Source: Desulfobacteraceae bacterium Eth-SRB2 (lineage in GTDB: Bacteria; Desulfobacterota; Desulfobacteria; Desulfobacterales; UBA11574). From it: a DNA stretch of 64,000 nt. The first letter of the stretch is position 1; every line of letters begins with the position of its first letter. Below are positions 1 to 10,483 of this stretch, in pieces. Location: contig RPGQ01000024.1 in assembly GCA_004193595.1 (NCBI GenBank), positions 16,017-80,016 of the forward strand, read 5' to 3'. The notes beneath the pieces are model-generated. The model was not told where the DNA came from. It saw only the letters and a list, made by a program, of their open reading frames with translations, and did not search any database. The translations under genes and the position numbers were made by a program.

Positions 1-41
1 AATTAATAATTAACAATTGATTATTGATTATTAGATCGCGC

Positions 42-803
42 TTACCTCAGGCTTTTGATAAATTCACCGACAGCGCCAACGCCTTCTTCATCAACCAGCC
101 GGATGGTTTGGGATCCCACCACGGCGATATCGGCTTCTCCCTTTAGAAAATCAACATCTTTTTTCTCTTTCACACCAAAACCCAAGGCCAGAGGAAGATC
201 TGTGGCTTTCCGGCATCGAGCAAGATATTTTTTTAGTTGATTGGAAAAATCCGTATTCACACCGGTCACCCCTTTTCTGGCCACGCAATAGATGAAGCCC
301 TTTCCAAAGGAAGCAAGGTATTTCATCCGATCATCCGGCGTGGTTGGAGAAAATATGAAGATCGGAACCAGGTTGTGTTTTTCCATGGCGTCAAGGTAGT
401 CTCTCCCCTCTTCCGGAGGAAGATCCGGCACAATAGCACCCTTAATATCGCTTTGGGCCATTGCCTCGGTAAACCTGCCGACCCCGTATTTAAAAAGAAT
501 ATTGTAGTAACTCATAAAAAGAAATGGAATATCAAAAGCCCCGGTAACCTTTTGGGCAAAATCCATGCATTTTTGCACGGTTGTCTCTCTTGAAAGAGAC
601 TTTTGATTGGCGTGCAGGATTACCGGGCCGTCTGCAATGGGTTCGGAAAACGGGATTTGAAGCTCCATCAGGTCCACGCCTGCGTTGACCATGGATTCAA
701 TGATGTTAAAACTATCATCGAATGTGGGATATCCGAGAACGATATGTGTCATTAACAGAATCTCTTTTTCTTTGAGTCTGTTTTTTAAATACGCTTCAAG
801 CAT
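42..803 (-). CDS. trpA: tryptophan synthase alpha subunit
   Basis: Translation has the TrpA TIM-barrel N-terminus (LMTHIVLGYPTFDDS..VDLMELQIPFSEPIADGPVI). Start set at an internal ATG (801-803) that overlaps the trpB stop by 8 nt. The ORF-track start at 866 is probably an upstream extension. Confidence 0.88.
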   Translation of the reverse strand: MLEAYLKNRLKEKEILLMTHIVLGYPTFDDSFNIIESMVNAGVDLMELQIPFSEPIADGPVILHANQKSLSRETTVQKCMDFAQKVTGAFDIPFLFMSYYNILFKYGVGRFTEAMAQSDIKGAIVPDLPPEEGRDYLDAMEKHNLVPIFIFSPTTPDDRMKYLASFGKGFIYCVARKGVTGVNTDFSNQLKKYLARCRKATDLPLALGFGVKEKKDVDFLKGEADIAVVGSQTIRLVDEEGVGAVGEFIKSLR

Positions 804-2022
804 GATATTCCTCGGCTTTCTCCTTGATAAATTCCTGCCACTTTGGGTCGGCAAATGCATCGGCAACGGTAAAAATATCTTTGTCTCCTCTGCCGGATTG
901 ATTGATCAGAATAATATCCTCTTTGGACATGGCCGGCGCTTCTTTAAATGCCTGTGCAAAGGCATGGGCCGACTCCAAGGCCGGGATCAACCCCTCCTTT
1001 CGAATCGTAAGCGAGAGGGCATCTATGACCTCCCTGTCCGTTGCCGCCTGGAATCGAATACGACCGCTTTCTGCAAATTGGGCCAGGATCGGTGAAACAC
1101 CCACATAATCTAATCCCGCTGCAACACTGTGGGTCTCTTTCATCTGGCCGTCATTGTCCTGCAAAAAATAGGTCTTATACCCCTGGGCCACACCGATGCT
1201 GGCATCTTGGGAACAAAGGCGTGACGCATGCTTGCCGGTGTCCAGCCCTTTTCCGCCGGCTTCAACCCCCACAAGTTCAACCGGATCATCCAGGAAAGCC
1301 TTGAATATCCCCAGTGCATTTGATCCCCCCCCCACACACGCATAAATACGGGCAGGCAGCCGGTTCTCTTTTTCCAGAATCTGCCTTCGGGCCTCTTTTC
1401 CGATGATCGATTGCAAAAAAGAGACCATTTCCGGGAAAGGATGCGGACCGCAGGCGGTTCCCAGCACATAATGGGTGGTATCCATATTCGTCACCCAGTC
1501 ACGAAATGCCTCATTAATGGCATCCTTTAAGATCCGGGTGCCCTCCCGCACGGTAATGACGTCTGCACCCAGTCGCTCCATCCAGAAAACATTGGGGCGC
1601 TGCCGCCGGACATCCACTTCGCCCATGTAGATGGTACATTTAAATCCAAACCGTGCGGCCATGGTGGCAGTGGCCACTCCGTGCTGGCCGGCACCGGTCT
1701 CCGCAATAACCCGGGACTTTCCCATCCGTTTTACCAAAAGCCCCTGCCCCATAACATTGTTGGCCTTGTGGGCTCCGGTGTGGTTAAGGTCTTCTCTTTT
1801 AACATAAATGCGCGCACCTCCAAAATGCCGGGTAAGATTTTCAGCAAAGGTTATGGGTGTGGGCCTGCACGAATAGGTTGACATGATATCAACATATTCC
1901 TGCCAGAACACGGGGTCATCTTTTGCCTTTTGAAAAATCTCCGCAAGCTCATCAAAGGTGGCGATAAGAATTTCGGGAAGATAAGCCCCCCCGAATCCTT
2001 CATAGTATCCTCTATCTTTCAT
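796..2022 (-). CDS. trpB: tryptophan synthase beta subunit (PLP-dependent)
   Basis: Motifs HTGAHKANN, ETGAGQHGVATA, GGGSNA. 408 aa. ATG confirmed at 2020-2022. Translationally coupled to trpA. Confidence 0.92.
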   Translation of the reverse strand: MKDRGYYEGFGGAYLPEILIATFDELAEIFQKAKDDPVFWQEYVDIMSTYSCRPTPITFAENLTRHFGGARIYVKREDLNHTGAHKANNVMGQGLLVKRMGKSRVIAETGAGQHGVATATMAARFGFKCTIYMGEVDVRRQRPNVFWMERLGADVITVREGTRILKDAINEAFRDWVTNMDTTHYVLGTACGPHPFPEMVSFLQSIIGKEARRQILEKENRLPARIYACVGGGSNALGIFKAFLDDPVELVGVEAGGKGLDTGKHASRLCSQDASIGVAQGYKTYFLQDNDGQMKETHSVAAGLDYVGVSPILAQFAESGRIRFQAATDREVIDALSLTIRKEGLIPALESAHAFAQAFKEAPAMSKEDIILINQSGRGDKDIFTVADAFADPKWQEFIKEKAEEYHA

Positions 2023-2184
2023 CTACATATTCTCCTAACCCGGACAAACCGGAAATAAAAAAGATCGGTTTTATTTTTACAACGAAGATCACGAAGGAAA
2101 AGAAGAATAAAATATATAACCTTCGTGCTCTTCGTGTACTTCGTGGTGTAATCAAACTTTTTTTTGCCGCAAAAAGCATAAAAT

Positions 2185-2910
2185 TTACAAATAAGCGCCC
2201 AATTCCTGTGAAAAAACAAATTTATCTGTTCTACAATAAAGCTCTGAATAAATGACATTTTTTGCCTGTTCAAAATGAAGAAACCGTTTGACTGTAAGAA
2301 TGGGGGTGTCCGGTGCAACGTGTAAACTTTTGGCCTTTTTCCCGGTGACATAGCCTATCCTGAAGTTCTGTTTTCCGCCTTTGGGCCGCATGTAATAATT
2401 ATCATCCACAATTTGAGAAAGAGATCTGTCCGACAGGTCGATTCTGTCTATCTTTGCAAACAGGATTTCATGGAGATAAATATCCTCGATAAGAACAGGT
2501 ACATTTTCTACCCGGCTGAGCCTGGAAAAAAAATAGGCCTTTTTGTTGGCGAAAGGATTTTCCGGATCATTTCCAATCGATTTCAAGGTGATTTTTTGCA
2601 GAATTCGTGTACAAACCGATATCCCTTTTTTATGAAAAGAGGAGAGTGTTCCTGCCAGTGAAAAGAGATCAACCTCTTTTTGTTCTTTACAAACAAAAGT
2701 CCCTGAGCCTCGCTTTCGGATAAGGATTCGTTTACGAACCAGTAAGTCGGTCGCCTGCCTTGCCGTGGGCCGGCCGATACCGTAACGCTCGGCAAGGCTG
2801 TTTTCCGACGGAATCCTTGACCCTGGCAGGTATTTCCCTGAACGTATTTTGGCCAGCAGGATATCCGCCAGTTGGCGATATAATGGAATCGGAGATTTTG
2901 AATTCAGCAT
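2185..2910 (-). CDS. GntR-family transcriptional regulator with UTRA effector domain (HutC/FadR-like)
   Basis: N-terminal winged-HTH (PLYRQLADILLAKIRSGKYLPGSRIPSENSLAERYGIGRPTARQA). C-terminal region of UTRA-like size. 241 aa. Confidence 0.78.
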   Translation of the reverse strand: MLNSKSPIPLYRQLADILLAKIRSGKYLPGSRIPSENSLAERYGIGRPTARQATDLLVRKRILIRKRGSGTFVCKEQKEVDLFSLAGTLSSFHKKGISVCTRILQKITLKSIGNDPENPFANKKAYFFSRLSRVENVPVLIEDIYLHEILFAKIDRIDLSDRSLSQIVDDNYYMRPKGGKQNFRIGYVTGKKAKSLHVAPDTPILTVKRFLHFEQAKNVIYSELYCRTDKFVFSQELGAYL

Positions 2911-3257
2911 AATTGTATGCTGACAGATATTGGTTAAGTTGTCAAGACAATTTTACACTTCGAAATGCGTAATCCGTCAATAAACAATATATAAATGTCA
3001 AAAATTTAACACCGTAACACATTTCCAATCAAACATTGTTATCAACATCATTCAGATTTGGCATAGTTTTTTTGCCGTAACAGGCTCCTAATATCGTCTC
3101 TGATGACTTAATTGATAAAAAATAGATACAATCACTGCATTGGCACAATTTGTGCTTAATTTCTGTTTGGCTATCAATCACATTGGAAAGGCTTACAAGT
3201 ATATTCTAAAATTCATACTTAAACAAAAAGACAAACCGACCGATGATAAGATTAAAG

Positions 3258-3492
3258 ATAGGCGTTCACGGGTTCAAAGGTTCAGGGGTTCAAGGTTCCA
3301 TTCTTGTCCCCGGACTGCATTTGGGATGCGTATTTACGAGAAAAGCGTTAGTTTCGTCAGTCCTAATCCAAAATTTGAAGCTAAATTGGTAATTACTTGG
3401 GAAAATGAACATTTGTAACAAGGACTTTGGATCTTCAATGCCTTCTTTGTCATTAACCCTGAACGTTGAACCCTGAACCTGTGAACGGTTAC
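3258..3492. mobile_element. MITE family 1, copy A (about 235 bp, inverted relative to copies B/C)
   Basis: About 90% identical to the reverse complement of the elements at 45358-45590 and 48178-48411. Termini built from GTTCA(R)G repeats and end ...CCTGTGAACGGTTAC. Flanked by an 8-bp direct repeat GATTAAAG (3250-3257 and 3493-3500), consistent with a target-site duplication. The six-frame ORF 3140-3418 inside it is presumed spurious. Confidence 0.7.
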
Positions 3493-3504
3493 GATTAAAG
3501 ATCT

Positions 3505-4410
3505 ATGTTAGATCCGAGGGTATTTTTTCGTTTAAATCTTATCGATATAACGGTAACTATGGAAACAGCACACACATTATTTAAAAAATTTATTACCGCT
3601 AAAACCCTGCCTCATGTTGCAATACGTCTGACCAAATTGATTTCTGATGAAAACAGCACCATGCAGGATTTTGAAAATATGATGAAGATGGATCCCACAC
3701 TGGTTTTACGCCTGCTGCGCGTAGTGAACAGCTCCTATTATGCATTGCGGCAAAAAGTCGACAGTATCTCCAGAGCCGTTGTCGTCATCGGTATGAATAA
3801 CCTGCGCAACATGATTGTTACAGAAGCGCTCAAGGATATATTCAAGGAAAGTCCGGGGGAAAGCGACTTTTCCAGAAACCGGTTGTGGCTTCATTGTGCT
3901 GCGGTCAGTATTTGCAGCCAAATGATTTCAGAGCGAATTTTTGGGCAAAACGGTGAAGATGCTTTTTTATGCGGAATTCTCCATGACATTGGAATGATCG
4001 TTGAAGATCAGACGGCACACGATTTATTTAACCATGCGTGTAAAGCCTATGCACAGGACTCCAGACCCATTATCCATCATGAAAAAGAAATTATCGGTAC
4101 CGACCACTGTGAGTTAGGACACCTTTTAGCTAAAGACTGGAAACTACCTTTTGAAGTGCAGGAGGGGATTAAGCAACACCATAAAGCTCTCAAAGAAGTC
4201 TCCCCTTCAAGCATTACCGGAATAATACAGATATCAGAATATATTGTATCTAAATTGGACTATACTGCCATGCCTGGAATGAATACCGTGCTTTCATCCC
4301 CTTTGGCTGCCCATATTCGTGAAAATGTTGAGGAATATAAAGCTCTGGTCAAAGATCTGCCTGATGAAATGTCAAGAGCCAGCGATCTTTATGAATCTCA
4401 AAAGGAGTAA
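3505..4410 (+). CDS. HDOD domain signalling protein
   Basis: HDOD signature region ([45 protein letters not shown]...[13 protein letters not shown]...[10 protein letters not shown]). ATG at 3505. An alternative start METAHTLF lies at 3559. Confidence 0.78.
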   Translation: MLDPRVFFRLNLIDITVTMETAHTLFKKFITAKTLPHVAIRLTKLISDENSTMQDFENMMKMDPTLVLRLLRVVNSSYYALRQKVDSISRAVVVIGMNNLRNMIVTEALKDIFKESPGESDFSRNRLWLHCAAVSICSQMISERIFGQNGEDAFLCGILHDIGMIVEDQTAHDLFNHACKAYAQDSRPIIHHEKEIIGTDHCELGHLLAKDWKLPFEVQEGIKQHHKALKEVSPSSITGIIQISEYIVSKLDYTAMPGMNTVLSSPLAAHIRENVEEYKALVKDLPDEMSRASDLYESQKE

Positions 4411-4415
4411 AGTTG

Positions 4416-6770
4416 ATGGATATTCCGGGAGATATCTTCAGTGAATTTGAAGACCAGAATACAGAATCAAAAAAATTTCTTTCCATGCTAAAAGAACGAA
4501 TGCCCGAGGGGTGTTTTGAACTTATTTTAAATCATAAAAGGAATGTTTCTTTAGGAGACAACCTGAATTTATCACTAAACGTCCGGGATGAAATTGTCAA
4601 TCGTACTAAAAAGGAAAACCGCATAACCCATATGAATTTGCCCGACGGACTTTTGGTTTATTCGACCGCTATCAATGAATTAGATGCGATATTGGCTTTT
4701 ACGTTATCAAAACAGAGTCCTGATTCATTTATAAAACAATATGGAGCACCCTTTATCCAATTATGCATCGAGCTTTTTCTTTCTCAAAATGCCCTTTGTG
4801 ACGAGAAAGAATTTATCAAAACTCAAAAAAACCAATACAACCGCAAAATCAGTGTGTTAGAAAAAAAATATCAAGAAATTATGGAGGATAATCACCGCGG
4901 GTATCAGATTATTCAAAAACAGCAAGAGGATTATTCACGAACCTTGAAATCTGAGATTTCACGGCAAACCGCCCAGCTCCGGGAAACCAATGTGAGTCTG
5001 AAGCAAGCACGAGAAGCCGCAGAAAGTGCCAATAAAGCCAAAAGCCAATTTCTTGCCAACATGAGCCACGAAATCCGCACTCCCATGAACGGAATTATAG
5101 GCTTTACCGAAATGCTCTTTGATACAGATCTTAACGAAACCCAGCTAAATTATGTTGAGACAATAAAGAGGAGTGGGGATGGTCTATTATCTTTAATCAA
5201 CGATATTCTCGATTTTTCCAAGATCGAAGCCGGAGAACTCGATTTTGAGAAAACGGACTTTGATCCGGAACTTGTTGCATATGATGTCTGTGAACTCATC
5301 CTTCCAAAAGTTCATTCAAAATCTATAGAGGTTCTCTGCAATATCGACAATAGCCTTCCTGCACTTGTCAAAGGAGATCCATTGCGATTTCAGCAAATCC
5401 TGATCAACCTGATGGGTAATGCAGCCAAGTTTACCGAATCAGGAGAAATTGAGCTTTTTTTGGATGTTGAAGATGAAAATGAGACCCAGGTAAAGCTTCA
5501 TGCAAAAATAAGAGACACCGGTATCGGCATAACCAAGGATAAGATTTCAACCATTTTTTCACCGTTCAACCAGGCTGACGGGTCCACATCAAGAAAATAT
5601 GGCGGTACAGGGCTGGGACTTTCAATATGCAAGCAAATTTCAAATATAATGCGTGGCGACGCCTGGGTAGAAAGCCCGGTCGATTGTCAATTGAAAATTG
5701 AAAATTGTCGATTTAAAAATAATATCAAAATCCAAAATAATCGTCAATCGTCAATCGTCAATCGTCAATGTAAGGGGGGTCCGGGAAGCACATTTCATTT
5801 CACTGCCTGGCTGGATAAAGCTGAAGGTAATAACGCCCGAAAATCCGCGCCATCATCACTCTCCGGTAAGAAGGTGCTCGTTTTTGACGACAACGCGACT
5901 GCTGTAAACATATTGAGCAATATGTTGACATGGGCGGGAATGAATGTAACTGCCCTGAAGAACAGCAACGATATCATACCAACACTCCGCAAGGCCATAG
6001 AAACCAAGAATCCGTTTGATCGTTGTATGTTAGGTATTCAAATTTCCGGCATCAGCGGCTATGAACTAGCAAAGCAGATTCGTAATGTTGAATCCCAAAT
6101 CAAAGATATAAAACGTGTTCCCGTGAATGCTGGAATACAACCTATTCATTTAATTGCATTATCTTATTTTCTGGATCATGATGCTCAAAAATGCAAAGAT
6201 GCGGGTTTTGACAATTCTTTGAGCAAACCGGTTCGCAGAGATAAGCTTTACCGGATGTTGGAAAAAAGTATTGGAATGGGGAATGCGGATTGCAAATTTC
6301 GGGATGCAAAAGATCATGACATTCAAAAACAAATAAAGAACCCATATTCAGTTCGTAATGAGATAGGGCCTACTCTGCGCATTCTTTTAGCAGAGGATAA
6401 CCCGGTCAATCAGAAACTGGCGAAGATGATGCTGACCAAAGCCGGTCATCAGGTAGAAACGGCCATTACAGGAAAAGAGGCCATTGAAAAATTCACAACT
6501 TCACCTGCAGATTTTGATCTGATTTTTATGGATATGCAGATGCCTGAAATGGATGGAACTGAAGCCACTCATCACATACGAAAATGGGAAAAATCCGCAA
6601 TCTGCAACCCAAAATCCGTAATTAAAAGGGTTCCGATTATCGCACTGACAGCAAATGCCATGAAGGAAGACCGGATAAAGTGTTTTAAATGTGGTATGGA
6701 TGATTATATTACAAAACCAATTAAAAGGGAGCTGCTATTTAAGACCGTCAAAAAATGGATATCAAATTAA
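4416..6770 (+). CDS. hybrid sensor histidine kinase with two C-terminal receiver domains
   Basis: HisKA H-box ([19 protein letters not shown]). HATPase_c N, G1 and G2 boxes ([12 protein letters not shown]). Two REC-like regions (VLVFDDN...; [18 protein letters not shown]...[12 protein letters not shown]). AAGGAG RBS 8 nt upstream of the ATG at 4416. The ORF-track start at 4413 is TTG. Confidence 0.85.
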   Translation: MDIPGDIFSEFEDQNTESKKFLSMLKERMPEGCFELILNHKRNVSLGDNLNLSLNVRDEIVNRTKKENRITHMNLPDGLLVYSTAINELDAILAFTLSKQSPDSFIKQYGAPFIQLCIELFLSQNALCDEKEFIKTQKNQYNRKISVLEKKYQEIMEDNHRGYQIIQKQQEDYSRTLKSEISRQTAQLRETNVSLKQAREAAESANKAKSQFLANMSHEIRTPMNGIIGFTEMLFDTDLNETQLNYVETIKRSGDGLLSLINDILDFSKIEAGELDFEKTDFDPELVAYDVCELILPKVHSKSIEVLCNIDNSLPALVKGDPLRFQQILINLMGNAAKFTESGEIELFLDVEDENETQVKLHAKIRDTGIGITKDKISTIFSPFNQADGSTSRKYGGTGLGLSICKQISNIMRGDAWVESPVDCQLKIENCRFKNNIKIQNNRQSSIVNRQCKGGPGSTFHFTAWLDKAEGNNARKSAPSSLSGKKVLVFDDNATAVNILSNMLTWAGMNVTALKNSNDIIPTLRKAIETKNPFDRCMLGIQISGISGYELAKQIRNVESQIKDIKRVPVNAGIQPIHLIALSYFLDHDAQKCKDAGFDNSLSKPVRRDKLYRMLEKSIGMGNADCKFRDAKDHDIQKQIKNPYSVRNEIGPTLRILLAEDNPVNQKLAKMMLTKAGHQVETAITGKEAIEKFTTSPADFDLIFMDMQMPEMDGTEATHHIRKWEKSAICNPKSVIKRVPIIALTANAMKEDRIKCFKCGMDDYITKPIKRELLFKTVKKWISN
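5684..5772 (+). repeat. AT-rich microsatellite insertion inside the kinase ATPase domain: (TTGAAAA)x2.5 and (AATCGTC)x4
   Basis: Directly visible: caattgaaaattgaaaattg, then aatcgtcaatcgtcaatcgtcaatcgtcaatg (5739-5766). Encodes a roughly 30-aa low-complexity loop ([32 protein letters not shown]) between the conserved ...WVESP and GGPGSTFHF segments. Confidence 0.75.
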
Positions 6771-6795
6771 AAAGTCTATAGCGTAAGGAGGTTCT

Positions 6796-7113
6796 ATGAA
6801 TTTCAGGAAATTATCGAAAAACTTAGGCCTGGAAGAAGAAGAATATATAGAGCTGTTTGAACTCTTTGTTGAGACCAGCATGGAAGATCTTAACAAACTT
6901 TGGTTTGCCATCGATATAGCAAGTACGGAGAAACTAGCCGGCATCGCCCATTCTTTAAAAGGCGCTTCCTTAAATATGGGATTGAACGAGTTTCAGGAAA
7001 TTGCAGAAGCAATTGGAAAGACAGCTCGTGACGGGCAACTGGAAAAAACTGCAGAACTCGCTAAAACATTACAGGAAAAACTGGATAACGTTGCCGGTAT
7101 TGTCGGGTGTTAA
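6796..7113 (+). CDS. Hpt (histidine phosphotransfer) domain protein
   Basis: 105 aa. Conserved phospho-His context AHSLKGASLNMGL. Strong RBS AAGGAGG. Confidence 0.8.
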   Translation: MNFRKLSKNLGLEEEEYIELFELFVETSMEDLNKLWFAIDIASTEKLAGIAHSLKGASLNMGLNEFQEIAEAIGKTARDGQLEKTAELAKTLQEKLDNVAGIVGC

Positions 7114-7144
7114 GCTTTTAGATTGAACTTTCTCAAAAGGATAT

Positions 7145-8662
7145 ATGGCTATGAAAAAAATACTGGTTGTGGATAATCATTCTTTGATGATCAAGTTTAT
7201 GAGCAAGTTACTTGAAAAAGAAGGTCATCAAGTATTGACGGCATCAGACGGTCTTTCCGCTCTTGAAATATTAAAAACTAATATTCCTGACGTAATATTT
7301 GCCGACCTTATCATGCCGAATATCGATGGAAAAAAGCTATGCCAGATCGTTCGGCAAATACCCGAACTTGAAGATGTTTTTATTGTTATTCTTTCTGCAA
7401 TTGCTGCCGAGGAGGAACCCCGTCTTGATGACTACGGCGCCGATGTCTGCATTGCAAAAGGACCTTTTAATAAAATGGCCGAGCATGTTCTTTTAGCTCT
7501 GGAGCTTTCAGACGCTGAACCCGCCCAAAAGTCTAAAAGAAAAATAATCGGACGACAAGAATTATTTAAACGAGAAATTACAGAGGAATTGTTGGCGTCC
7601 AAAAAACATTTTGAAGCAACGTTAAACAATATTTCCGAAGGGATCCTGGAACTTACTTCTGAATTAAAGATTGTTTACATAAATCCTGCTGCCCTCTCTA
7701 TTATTGGTATTCCTGAGGAAACCCTATTGTCTTCAGACTTCACAAAACTTTTCAATGAAAAACATCAAAAAAGAATTATAGATTCTCTTGAAAAGCCAGG
7801 CAATAAACAACGAATAATCAGCCCGAAAGCTCCGGTAGAACTTAACAATAAACAGATCACTTTAAATATCATACCCATCAAAGACGATAAGCACCATCCT
7901 ATTCTTATTATTCTAAAAGACGTCACTCAACGAAAACAAATGGAAGCACAACTTCAGCATGCCCAAAGGATGGAGGCCATAGGTACCCTGGCTGCCGGTG
8001 TTGCGCATGAGATAAATAATCCCATCAGCGGTGTCATGGGCTATGCCGAGATACTAAAAGACCGGTACCAAGAGCAAGGCCGAAATGACGATATTCCAGA
8101 TAAAATTATCAAAGAAGCGGAGCGCATTGCAGAAATTGTAAAAAACCTCCTTTCATTTTCCAGGGGTTGGCAGGAAGAAAGCAGTCCTGCACACATTAAA
8201 GATATCATTTCCAATACCCTTAGTATGATAAAAGGACGAATAGCAAAAGACGGCATAAAATTGTCTGTTGATGTTCCGGATAATCTTCCCGATATTAAAG
8301 CTCATTCCCATGAGATTCAACAGGTTTTTTTAAATATTCTCAGCAATGCACATTATGGTCTGAACCAACGTTTTCCTAAACCCAATCAAAATAAATCCCT
8401 TAAAATTGAAAGCCAGACAATCAAACTTGAAGACCAAAATTATGTTCGAACAACATTTTACGATAACGGTACAGGAATTCCAAAAAATGTTTTGAATAAA
8501 ATTTGTGATCCATTTTTTTCCACCAAACCTCCAGGCAATGGTACGGGGTTGGGCCTTTCCATCAGCCACGGCATAATTTATAATCAGGGTGGAAAACTCC
8601 TGTTTGAAAGTGTGGAAGGAGAGTACACAAAGGTTATGGTTGATCTGCCGGTAATTGGATAA
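7145..8662 (+). CDS. response regulator receiver - PAS - histidine kinase fusion
   Basis: N-terminal REC ([15 protein letters not shown]...[14 protein letters not shown]). PAS region. H-box [23 protein letters not shown]2 box [13 protein letters not shown]. Confidence 0.85.
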   Translation: MAMKKILVVDNHSLMIKFMSKLLEKEGHQVLTASDGLSALEILKTNIPDVIFADLIMPNIDGKKLCQIVRQIPELEDVFIVILSAIAAEEEPRLDDYGADVCIAKGPFNKMAEHVLLALELSDAEPAQKSKRKIIGRQELFKREITEELLASKKHFEATLNNISEGILELTSELKIVYINPAALSIIGIPEETLLSSDFTKLFNEKHQKRIIDSLEKPGNKQRIISPKAPVELNNKQITLNIIPIKDDKHHPILIILKDVTQRKQMEAQLQHAQRMEAIGTLAAGVAHEINNPISGVMGYAEILKDRYQEQGRNDDIPDKIIKEAERIAEIVKNLLSFSRGWQEESSPAHIKDIISNTLSMIKGRIAKDGIKLSVDVPDNLPDIKAHSHEIQQVFLNILSNAHYGLNQRFPKPNQNKSLKIESQTIKLEDQNYVRTTFYDNGTGIPKNVLNKICDPFFSTKPPGNGTGLGLSISHGIIYNQGGKLLFESVEGEYTKVMVDLPVIG

Positions 8663-8749
8663 CAAATCGGAATTTTTATCCCACTATCACCCTAAAAAAG
8701 GTATATTAATCGTCAACCTGTAAAACTTTCAAATATAAAAACCTCATTC

Positions 8750-10483
8750 ATGAACCCATTGAACTCACGAAATATATTTCATTCCAACATTAAGAAATTA
8801 TTTGGAAAAATTCCAGATGATGATCGTATTACAATAGGCGAGCTCCTGAAACGAAAAGGCATTATTACCGAAAACCAACTCCGGAAAGCCCTAAAGGTAC
8901 AAAAAGAAAAACTCTATACCTTGGGCAAGGCCGTTCGATTGGGTCAAATCATCGTTGAACTCGGTTATGCATCGGAAGAAGAGCTGGTCAAGGCAGTAAA
9001 TATTGAATATCAGATTTCGGTTAAAACACTGGCAGACGACATTAAAGGGCTTGTCAAAGATAAACGCGGGAACTTTGTCGAAGGTCTTCCTCCACCCCGC
9101 ATCCCCATATGGCTTCAATCTTTTGCTGCAACCATGGTCATTATTATCACGACTATTTTTGTAATGAGCTTTTTTATGTTAAGCCAGCAAAAAGAAAGGC
9201 TTTACCGGCAAACCGTAAAGATCGGCAAGGTCAGCCTGAACTATTTTAGCAGCAATTCTCCCGTCCCCCTTCTGGAAGACAATATTTTAAGGCTCAATAC
9301 CTTAATTAAGGGGGCAACGGCTGTTGAAGGGCTTGTTTATGCCATCATCGTTGATCACAATCAGATCATAAAGGCACATACCGACATAAATAAAATCGGC
9401 AAGACCTTTGAAAAGTTCACGAACATGGAAGATGTGAAAAAAGAACAAGATGTTACTTACTTTAATTACTACTTAAAATCCGGCGAACATATTTTGAATT
9501 TAAATCGTCCTGTATTATTTAAAGGTAAAAACCTGGGTCAAGTCCATGTCGGAGTGTCCATCAATTTTATTGAAAAATTGATTTATAAAGCTCGTTTGAC
9601 AATTGTAGCGATAACATTTTTTATTATTCTGTTCGGGAGTGTAATTGCAGTATGGCTCGGATTCCATTTCTCCCGCCCCATTTCAAATCTTGTTATGGCA
9701 ACCGGTGAAATCGGATCAGGAAATTATCAGCACAAAATAATTCTGGCAAGAAATGACGAACTGGGAAACCTGGCCACCGCCTTTAACCGCATGGGAGACG
9801 AACTCTGGAAGAATTCTCTCATGCAGAAATCCTTTGGCAAATATATCGGTTCTGAAGTTCTTGAAATGATCCTGGCCAATCCTGAAAGTGCCTGGCTTAA
9901 AGGCCATAGGAATGAAGCCACCATCGTGTTCACCGATATCAGAGGATTTTCATTATATTCAAAGCTCAAGGAGCCTGAAGAAATCGTTGAAGGTCTAAAT
10001 GAATACTTTGAGATTGCCACACAGGCCATACAGGATCATGGCGGGTATGTGGATAAGTTTATCGGTGATGCGGTTCTTGGGGTTTTTGGGGTCCCGGTTT
10101 ATCACGAAAATCATGTGGAAAGGGGGTTACGGGCCGCCAGCGACATGCAGAAGAAGTTTACGAATAAACGATACAATGGAAACCGCCTCCTTCAATCTGT
10201 AGGTATCGCAATTCATTCCGGTATCGTTGTATCAGGTAATATCGGATCACAGGATAAAATGGAATATACGGTAATTGGTGATACGGTAAACCTGACGGCA
10301 CATCTGAACAGGCTTGCCAGGCCCGGAGAAATTATTATTACTAAAAGTGTTTATGAAAATCTTGAAGACATGATTACCGTAAAACCAATTTCTCCGCAAT
10401 ATATCAAAGGCAAAACAAAACCGGTTGAAACGTTTAAGTTGCTCAGCATAAAGGACAAGCCCAATGCAACCCTTAGCAAATAA
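8750..10483 (+). CDS. membrane-bound class III adenylate/guanylate cyclase with HAMP domain and an N-terminal T2SSE_N/MshEN-like domain
   Basis: N-terminal motif ITIGELLKRKGIITENQLRKALKVQKE...LGQIIVELGYASEEELVKAV. Two TM segments flank a periplasmic sensor region. HAMP (LATAFNRMGDEL). Cyclase homology domain (ATIVFTDIRGFS...FIGDAVLGVFGVP). Confidence 0.83.
   Translation: MNPLNSRNIFHSNIKKLFGKIPDDDRITIGELLKRKGIITENQLRKALKVQKEKLYTLGKAVRLGQIIVELGYASEEELVKAVNIEYQISVKTLADDIKGLVKDKRGNFVEGLPPPRIPIWLQSFAATMVIIITTIFVMSFFMLSQQKERLYRQTVKIGKVSLNYFSSNSPVPLLEDNILRLNTLIKGATAVEGLVYAIIVDHNQIIKAHTDINKIGKTFEKFTNMEDVKKEQDVTYFNYYLKSGEHILNLNRPVLFKGKNLGQVHVGVSINFIEKLIYKARLTIVAITFFIILFGSVIAVWLGFHFSRPISNLVMATGEIGSGNYQHKIILARNDELGNLATAFNRMGDELWKNSLMQKSFGKYIGSEVLEMILANPESAWLKGHRNEATIVFTDIRGFSLYSKLKEPEEIVEGLNEYFEIATQAIQDHGGYVDKFIGDAVLGVFGVPVYHENHVERGLRAASDMQKKFTNKRYNGNRLLQSVGIAIHSGIVVSGNIGSQDKMEYTVIGDTVNLTAHLNRLARPGEIIITKSVYENLEDMITVKPISPQYIKGKTKPVETFKLLSIKDKPNATLSK

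Noticed and set aside
3140-3418. ORFs of 78-92 aa inside MITE family 1 copies (3140-3418, 45394-45630, 48194-48472)
   Set aside because: They lie inside repeated non-autonomous elements, have no RBS or homology, and two of the 'proteins' are identical simply because the DNA is repeated.
5739-5766. Possible CRISPR array (short direct repeats cgtcaat)
   Set aside because: The repeats are 7 nt with no spacers, and they sit in-frame inside a kinase gene. It is a microsatellite, not CRISPR.
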